From the NCBI RefSeq assembly GCF_056712565.1, contig NZ_CM160072.1: a stretch of DNA of 64,000 nucleotides. One strand, written 5' to 3'. Both the position numbers and the translations under genes were made by a program. Each line of letters opens with the position of its first letter. Position 1 is the first letter of the stretch. The notes under the pieces were generated by a model, which saw only the letters and a program-made list of their open reading frames with translations, had not been told where the DNA came from and did not search any database. This document shows, piece after piece, positions 54,940-64,000 of the stretch.

Positions 54940-55016
54940 TGGTGCATCCGGGAGGATTCGAACCTCCGACCGCTCGGTTCGTAGCCGAGTACTCTATCCA
55001 GCTGAGCTACGGATGC
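54940..55016 (-). tRNA. tRNA-Arg (anticodon ACG)
   Basis: Identical 77-nt copy. Confidence 0.9.
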
Positions 55017-55080
55017 ATCGGGAAACTTACTTTACTGCAGATTTTTTGATACCGCCACTAAAGCCGTATCAAGTAAGAGA

Positions 55081-55157
55081 TGGTGCATCCGGGAGGATTC
55101 GAACCTCCGACCGCTCGGTTCGTAGCCGAGTACTCTATCCAGCTGAGCTACGGATGC
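55081..55157 (-). tRNA. tRNA-Arg (anticodon ACG)
   Basis: Identical 77-nt copy. Confidence 0.9.
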
Positions 55158-55160
55158 AAA

Positions 55161-55253
55161 TGGCGGTGAGGCGGGGATTCGAACCCCGGATGCAGCTTTT
55201 GACCGCATACTCCCTTAGCAGGGGAGCGCCTTCAGCCTCTCGGCCACCTCACC
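55161..55253 (-). tRNA. serV: tRNA-Ser (anticodon GCU)
   Basis: 93-nt reverse complement gives GGTGAGGTGGCCGAGAGGCTGAAGGCGCTCCCCTGCTAAGGGAGTATGCGGTCAAAAGCTGCATCCGGGGTTCGAATCCCCGCCTCACCGCCA, with the long variable arm of a class II tRNA. Confidence 0.9.
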
Positions 55254-55568
55254 ACACGCCTCTTACGAGTGCTTCGAAGAACTTGTTTATCGCTCATCGT
55301 CGCTGCGTGGCGCACATATTACTTTCTGAGACTTATAAGTCAAACAATTTTTCCCACACTTTTATCGTTTGCACACTTCACGCTCAATTAGTCTGTAAAA
55401 ACGTCAAAAAGAGTGTTTTATCAACAGAAAAACGGAGGTCTGACAGATAGCAGTAATGCAAAAAAATGGAGACTTAAGTTGAATGAACGGGAGTAAAGCG
55501 AAAAGACAATGGAGTGAAAGAGAAATTTTGAGGGTGCGTCTCACCGATAAAGATGAGACGCGGAAAGA

Positions 55569-55754
55569 TTAGTAACTGGACTGCTGGGATTTTTCAGCCT
55601 GGATACGCTGGTAGATCTCTTCACGGTGAACAGAAACTTCCTTCGGGGCATTTACGCCAATACGTACCTGGTTGCCCTTTACCCCTAAAACTGTCACGGT
55701 GACCTCATCCCCAATCATGAGGGTCTCACCAACTCGACGAGTCAGAATCAGCAT
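55569..55754 (-). CDS. csrA: Carbon storage regulator CsrA
   Basis: 61 aa, [48 protein letters not shown]. Confidence 0.95.
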
Positions 55755-55988
55755 TCTTTGCTCCTTGAAAGATTAAAAGAGTCGGGTCTCTCTGTATCCC
55801 GGCATTATCCATCATATAACGCCAAAAAGTAAGCAATGACAAACACATTACATCTAAGCAGTCATGGCATTACATTCTGTTAAACCTAAGTTTAGCCGAT
55901 ATACACAACTTCAACCTGACTTTATCGTTGTCGATAGCGTTAATGCGAATGCCGTGAAGCGAGTCCACGGCATTGCCTGACGCTTATA

Positions 55989-58619
55989 TTATTGCAATTT
56001 CGCGCTGACCCAGCCTTTCACACTGGCTAACGCTGCAGGTAAGGCCGCAGCATCCGTACCACCGGCTTGCGCCATGTCAGGACGTCCACCACCCTTGCCG
56101 CCCACCTGCTGAGCGACCATACCAATCAGTTCCCCTGCTTTCACACGATCTGTGACGTCCTTAGATACGCCTGCAATCAGAGAAACCTTACCTTCGGCTA
56201 CCGTTGCCAGCACGATAATTGTCGACCCCAGCTGATTTTTTAAATCGTCAACCATGGTACGCAACATTTTCGGCTCAACACCGCTAAGCTCGCTAACCAA
56301 CAGCTTAACACCATTAACATCAATTGCCTTACTGGAAAGATTTGCGCTCTCCTGTGCGGCAGCTTGTTCTTTAAGCTGTTGTAACTCTTTTTCCAGCTGA
56401 CGCGTACGTTCCAGTACTGAACGCACTTTATCAGCCAGATTATTGCTATCGCCTTTCAGCAGATGCGCGACTTCGCTTAAGCGATCGCTGTCTGCATGAA
56501 CGGTGGCGATAGCGCCTTCTCCGGTTACCGCTTCGATACGACGAACGCCTGCAGCAGTACCCGATTCAGAGATGATGCGGAACAGACCAATATCACCAGT
56601 GCGGCTGGCGTGAGTACCGCCACACAGCTCGGTGGAGAAATCGCCCATGCTCAGCACGCGTACGCGCTCATCATACTTCTCGCCGAACAGTGCCATCGCA
56701 CCTTTCGCTTTTGCCGCTTCGAGATCCATGATGTTGGTTTCGATCGGCAAGTTACGGCGAATCTGTGCGTTCACCAGGTCTTCGACCGCACGAATCTCTT
56801 CTGGTTTCATCGCTTCGTTGTGTGAGAAGTCGAAGCGCAGCACTTTGTCGTTAACCAGTGAACCTTTCTGCGATACATGAGTACCCAGAACCTGGCGCAG
56901 CGCAGCGTGCATCAGGTGCGTTGCGGAGTGATTCAGACGAATACGGGCGCGACGAGCCTCATCAACATCAGCCTGCACAGCGTCGCCCACTTTCAGAGAA
57001 CCCGCAGCAAGTTTACCGATGTGACCAATCGCCTGGCCGTATTTCTGCGTATCTTCCACCGCGAAGGAGAAGTTAGCGCCTTTCAGTTCGCCTTTATCAC
57101 CAACCTGACCGCCGGATTCCGCATAGAATGGCGTTTGATCCAGCACGACCACAGCTTCCTGGCCTGCATTGATGGCATCAACCGCTTTACCATCAACAAA
57201 CAGCGCGGTCACTTTGCCGTTCAGTTCCAGATGGTCATAGCCTTTAAATTCAGATGCACTGTCAACACGGATCATTGCGTTGTAATCGGCACCAAAGCCG
57301 CTGGCTTCGCGCGCACGACGACGCTGCTCTTCCATTGCTGCGTCAAAACCAGCTTCGTCAACTTTGATGTTGCGCTCACGGCAAACGTCAGCCGTCAGGT
57401 CAACCGGGAAGCCGTAGGTGTCGTACAGGCGGAAAGCAGTTTCACCATCCAGCGTATCACCAGAAAGTTTTGCCAGCTCTTCATCCAGCAGCGCCAGACC
57501 GCGCTCCAGAGTACGGGCAAACTGCTCTTCTTCAGTCTTCAGCACCTGCTCAACCTGCGCCTGCTGTCGTTTCAGGTCTTCACCCGCAGAGCCCATAACG
57601 TCGATCAGCGGACCAACCAGTTTGTAGAAGAAGGTTTCTTTCGCGCCGAGCATATTACCGTGACGCACTGCGCGACGAATGATACGACGCAGTACATAAC
57701 CACGGCTTTCATTGGACGGCATTACGCCATCCGCGATCAGGAACGCACAAGAACGAATGTGGTCTGCGATTACGCGCAGCGATTTATTGCTCAGATCGGT
57801 CGCGCCAGTGACTTTCGCTACCGCCTGGATCAACGTGCGGAACAGGTCGATGTCATAGTTAGAGTTAACGTGTTGCAGCACCGCAGCAATACGCTCCAGA
57901 CCCATACCGGTATCTACAGACGGTTTCGGCAGCGGTTCCATCGTGCCATCGGCCTGGCGGTTGAACTGCATGAAGACGATGTTCCAGATCTCAATGTAGC
58001 GGTCGCCGTCTTCTTCCGGACTTCCCGGAGGGCCGCCCCAAATGTGGTCGCCGTGATCGTAGAAGATTTCGGTGCACGGGCCGCACGGACCAGTGTCACC
58101 CATCTGCCAGAAGTTGTCAGATGCGTATGGCGCACCTTTGTTATCGCCGATGCGAATAATACGTTCGCGCGGGATCCCTACTTCTTTCTCCCAGATTTCG
58201 TAGGCTTCGTCGTCGCTTTCATAGACGGTAACCCACAGACGCTCTTTCGGCAGGGCAAACCATTTTTCGCTGGTCAGCAGTTCCCATGCAAACTGAATGG
58301 CATCGTGTTTGAAATAGTCGCCGAAGCTGAAGTTGCCCAGCATTTCGAAGAAGGTATGATGACGCGCGGTGTAACCGACGTTTTCCAGGTCGTTGTGTTT
58401 ACCACCCGCACGCACGCAGCGTTGGGAAGTGGTAGCGCGGGAATAATTACGCTTGTCGAGCCCAAGGAACACATCCTTGAACTGGTTCATCCCGGCGTTG
58501 GTAAACAACAAAGTTGGGTCGTTATGGGGTACCAGGGAGCTGCTGGCAACTACCTGATGTCCCTTACTATGGAAAAAGTCGAGAAACGCCTGACGGATCT
58601 CAGCGGTGCTCTTGCTCAT
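55989..58619 (-). CDS. alaS: Alanyl-tRNA synthetase
   Basis: 876 aa. Confidence 0.95.
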   Translation of the reverse strand: MSKSTAEIRQAFLDFFHSKGHQVVASSSLVPHNDPTLLFTNAGMNQFKDVFLGLDKRNYSRATTSQRCVRAGGKHNDLENVGYTARHHTFFEMLGNFSFGDYFKHDAIQFAWELLTSEKWFALPKERLWVTVYESDDEAYEIWEKEVGIPRERIIRIGDNKGAPYASDNFWQMGDTGPCGPCTEIFYDHGDHIWGGPPGSPEEDGDRYIEIWNIVFMQFNRQADGTMEPLPKPSVDTGMGLERIAAVLQHVNSNYDIDLFRTLIQAVAKVTGATDLSNKSLRVIADHIRSCAFLIADGVMPSNESRGYVLRRIIRRAVRHGNMLGAKETFFYKLVGPLIDVMGSAGEDLKRQQAQVEQVLKTEEEQFARTLERGLALLDEELAKLSGDTLDGETAFRLYDTYGFPVDLTADVCRERNIKVDEAGFDAAMEEQRRRAREASGFGADYNAMIRVDSASEFKGYDHLELNGKVTALFVDGKAVDAINAGQEAVVVLDQTPFYAESGGQVGDKGELKGANFSFAVEDTQKYGQAIGHIGKLAAGSLKVGDAVQADVDEARRARIRLNHSATHLMHAALRQVLGTHVSQKGSLVNDKVLRFDFSHNEAMKPEEIRAVEDLVNAQIRRNLPIETNIMDLEAAKAKGAMALFGEKYDERVRVLSMGDFSTELCGGTHASRTGDIGLFRIISESGTAAGVRRIEAVTGEGAIATVHADSDRLSEVAHLLKGDSNNLADKVRSVLERTRQLEKELQQLKEQAAAQESANLSSKAIDVNGVKLLVSELSGVEPKMLRTMVDDLKNQLGSTIIVLATVAEGKVSLIAGVSKDVTDRVKAGELIGMVAQQVGGKGGGRPDMAQAGGTDAAALPAALASVKGWVSAKLQ

Positions 58620-58746
58620 AATTATCCTGAAATCAAGCTAACGAAATATCGCCACCAGCTCCAGCGTGTCTTAACCGCCGGGCTGGTAACTGAAAAGTGG
58701 GAATAAGATAAGTTTTCTTGACTGGGAAGTAAAATACCGTATGCGT

Positions 58747-59247
58747 TCAGTCGGCAAAATTTCGCCAAATATCCTGGATATCTTCCATCAGATAGCCACG
58801 ATAGAGCAGAAAACGCTGGATCTTAACTTTTTCTGAAAAGACAGTTGGCAAAGGTTCGCCATATTTTCGCGTCGCCTGATCGCGCGCCAGTGCGCACCAG
58901 TCGATGTCACATTCACGCATCGCTTTTTCTGTCGCTTCGCGGGAAATACCTTTCTGATTCAGTTCCTGACGAATACGCGCAGGTCCATAACCTTTGCGGC
59001 TACGGCTGGCGATAAAGCGCGCAACAAATCGGCTGTCATCAAGATAGCCATGTTCGTGGCACCAGGCAATAACGCGCTCGTAATCTTCTGCCGTGGCATC
59101 AATCTCTTCCGGGCCATTTTTGCCCATAATAGGTGCCGCGAGTTTACGTCGCAGTTCTTGCTCACTGTGATCGCGCACCGCCAGAATGCGTACCGCACGA
59201 TCCAACAGGCGAGCATATGCCGGGCGACGGGATGTTGATTCTGTCAT
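58747..59247 (-). CDS. recX: RecA regulator RecX
   Basis: 166 aa immediately downstream of recA. Confidence 0.95.
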   Translation of the reverse strand: MTESTSRRPAYARLLDRAVRILAVRDHSEQELRRKLAAPIMGKNGPEEIDATAEDYERVIAWCHEHGYLDDSRFVARFIASRSRKGYGPARIRQELNQKGISREATEKAMRECDIDWCALARDQATRKYGEPLPTVFSEKVKIQRFLLYRGYLMEDIQDIWRNFAD

Positions 59248-59315
59248 GGCATATCCTTACAACTTAAAAAAGCAAAAGGGCCGCAGATGCGACCCTTGTG
59301 TATCAAACAAGACGA

Positions 59316-60456
<1,141 letters not shown>

Positions 60457-60954
60457 TCAAGTGTTTTGTAGAAATTGTTGCCACAAGGTCTGCAATGCAT
60501 ACGCAGTAGCCTGACGACGCACCGCATCACGGTCACCGCTGAAACATTCCCGCCGGGTAATGCCTTCACCACGGGCAGTGGCAAAAGCAAACCAGACGGT
60601 GCCGACAGGTTTCTCTTCACTGCCGCCATCCGGCCCGGCGATACCACTAATAGACACGGCGTAATCAGCACGAGCCGCTTTCAGTGCGCCTATCGCCATT
60701 TCCACCACGACAGGTTCGCTCACCGCGCCATGCTGTGCCAGCGTCTCTTCGCGTACACCGATCATTTGCGCTTTTGCTTCGTTACTGTAGGTGACAAATC
60801 CGCGTTCAAACCAGGCGGAACTGCCGGCAATATCGGTAATCACTTTCGCTACCCAACCGCCGGTACAAGACTCAGCAGTTGTTACGGTTGCGCCACGGGC
60901 TTTCAGCGACTGCCCAACCTGTTCGCTTAACTGCATCAGTTCACTGTCAGTCAT
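60457..60954 (-). CDS. pncC: NMN amidohydrolase PncC (YgaD)
   Basis: 165 aa from MTDSELMQLSEQVGQ. Confidence 0.9.
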   Translation of the reverse strand: MTDSELMQLSEQVGQSLKARGATVTTAESCTGGWVAKVITDIAGSSAWFERGFVTYSNEAKAQMIGVREETLAQHGAVSEPVVVEMAIGALKAARADYAVSISGIAGPDGGSEEKPVGTVWFAFATARGEGITRRECFSGDRDAVRRQATAYALQTLWQQFLQNT

Positions 60955-61098
60955 CACAACCTCTGTCAGTCAAAAATTTATGCCGGACAAGATAACACTT
61001 TCGTCAGGAAGATGGTGTTGGCGTTGCAATTTTACGAGGAGGATTCAGAAAAAAGCTGATTAGCCAGAGGGAAGCTCACGCCCCCCTCTTGCAAATAG

Positions 61099-62184
61099 TT
61101 ACTGTACGCGCGCCAGCGCCACGGCTTGTCCTAACTGCCAGACCGCCATTGCGTAATGGGTGCTGTGGTTATAACGGGTGATGGTGTAGAAGTTCGGCAG
61201 ACCGTACCAGTACTGGTAGCCGGTGCCAACATCCAGACGCAGCAGGCTGGCTTGTTGATGGTTGCCCAGCGGCTGCTGTGGCGTTAAACCTGCCGCGGCA
61301 AGCTGCGAAATGCTGTACCTGGTTTTGAAGCCATTTGGCAAGCCTGGAGCCTGACCGTTTGCCATTACCGCGACCTGATCGCCTTTCACCCAGCCGTGCG
61401 CTTTGAAATAATTCGCCACGCTACCGATCGCATCAACCGGATCCCACAGGTTGATATGCCCGTCGCCGCTGAAATCTACCGCATATTGTTTGTAAGACGA
61501 CGGCATAAACTGTCCGTAGCCCATCGCCCCGGCAAAGGAACCTTTCAGATTGAGCGGATCGTCCTGCTCGTCGCGCGCCATCAGCAGGAAGGTTTCCAGC
61601 TCGCCAGAAAAATACTCCGCGCGGCGTGGGTAGTTAAATGACAGCGTTGCCAGCGCATCGAGGATGCGAGTTTTCCCCATCACGCGCCCCCAGCGGGTTT
61701 CAACGCCGATAATCCCGACGATAATTTCCGGCGGTACACCATACACCTGCCACGCGCGATTCAACGCATCTTCATACTGATTCCAGAAAACCACACCGTT
61801 CTGCACGTTGTCCGGCGTAATAAATTTTTTGCGATAACGCAGCCATGCGCCGTTCGGACCTGATGGCGGTTTCACCGATGTGGTTGGTGCCTGGTTATCC
61901 ATCAGCCGCAGTACCGAATCCAGACGTTTCGCCTGGGAGAGAATTTCCTGCAACTGCTGACGATCGAAACCGTGTTTGTTCACCATTTTGTCGATGAACT
62001 GCTGGGCATTCGGGTTATTGGCGAAGTCACCGCCCATCTGCATCACATTGTGCTGCGGCTCAAGCAGGAAGCCGCCAGACGGCGTTCCGGTGGTCGTTTC
62101 AGTCTCAGTAGGTTTTGGCTTGCTGCTACAGGCGGCAAGCAACACAAAAAGGGGAAGCAATGTTACATAACGACGCTTGAACAT
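61099..62184 (-). CDS. mltB: Membrane-bound lytic murein transglycosylase B
   Basis: 361 aa from MFKRRYVTLLPLFVLLAACSS (lipoprotein signal and lipobox LAAC); the ORF-track upstream extension is unlikely. Confidence 0.9.
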   Translation of the reverse strand: MFKRRYVTLLPLFVLLAACSSKPKPTETETTTGTPSGGFLLEPQHNVMQMGGDFANNPNAQQFIDKMVNKHGFDRQQLQEILSQAKRLDSVLRLMDNQAPTTSVKPPSGPNGAWLRYRKKFITPDNVQNGVVFWNQYEDALNRAWQVYGVPPEIIVGIIGVETRWGRVMGKTRILDALATLSFNYPRRAEYFSGELETFLLMARDEQDDPLNLKGSFAGAMGYGQFMPSSYKQYAVDFSGDGHINLWDPVDAIGSVANYFKAHGWVKGDQVAVMANGQAPGLPNGFKTRYSISQLAAAGLTPQQPLGNHQQASLLRLDVGTGYQYWYGLPNFYTITRYNHSTHYAMAVWQLGQAVALARVQ

Positions 62185-62422
62185 GAGGGGTCCATTTAAC
62201 AGATTCAACCAGGGGCAAGTATGGTAAAGCATCCCGCCCCGCACAAGGAAGCGGTAGTCACTGCCCGATACGGACTTTACATAACTCAACTCATTCTCCT
62301 CACTACCTTCTTTATACAAACTTTCAAAATAAAATATTTATCTTTCATTTTGCGATCAAAATAACACTTTTAAATCTTTCAATCTGATTAGATTAGATTG
62401 CCGTTTGGTAATAAAACAATAA

Positions 62423-63960
<1,538 letters not shown>

Positions 63961-63970
63961 AGGCTGAAAC

Positions 63971-64000
63971 ATGACCGTTATTTATCAGACCACCATCACC
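63971..64000 (+). CDS. srlB: Sorbitol PTS EIIA component, 5' fragment at window edge
   Basis: ATG at 63971 (MTVIYQTTIT...) at the expected position after srlE; truncated by the window. Confidence 0.6.
   Translation, partial: MTVIYQTTIT

Noticed and set aside
54800-55157. Tandem 77-bp direct repeats considered as a possible CRISPR-like array
   Set aside because: The repeats are complete tRNA-Arg genes with cloverleaf sequence; spacers are ordinary tRNA intergenic regions and there are no cas genes.
56877-58706. 609-aa plus-strand ORF
   Set aside because: Lies entirely antisense to alaS and its translation is low-complexity and R/Q/F-rich; a typical shadow ORF inside a highly expressed conserved gene.

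Overview
The window has two parts. Positions 1 to about 21,380 are the right-hand portion of a lambdoid prophage that continues beyond the window start. All genes from the portal-like ORF to cro are on the minus strand: a partial portal-like ORF, terminase large and small subunits, an HNH endonuclease, an Rz/Rz1-lysozyme-holin lysis cassette, a Q-like antiterminator, DUF968, KilA-N, RusA, a Dam-like methyltransferase, an iteron-containing replication initiator, and CII-like and Cro-like regulators. The plus strand carries a CI/S24 repressor, yfdP/yfdQ/yfdR-like genes, an excisionase and a tyrosine integrase. The prophage ends at a 25-nt copy of the ssrA (tmRNA) 3' end at 21352-21376, which I read as the att remnant. 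From 22,061 onward the sequence is the conserved E. coli chromosome in K-12 order (csiD-lhgO-gabDTP-csiR through nrdHIEF, proVWX, emrRAB, luxS, micA, gshA, Arg/Ser tRNAs, csrA, alaS, recX-recA, pncC, mltB, srlAE), with two insertions absent from my recollection of K-12. The most interesting locus is a tight three-gene, low-GC operon between the integrase and the att remnant (19330-21200, minus strand): a GHKL/Bergerat-fold ATPase, a small STAS-like protein and an N-terminally membrane-anchored protein. I know of no described system with this composition and propose it as a candidate novel phage-defence or superinfection-exclusion module. Other candidates are AT-rich morons inside the prophage, a yfdPQR-like module, and an RNA-ligase plus HD/P-loop-kinase pair between emrB and luxS. 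All calls come from reading the sequence and ORF translations; no database search was run.
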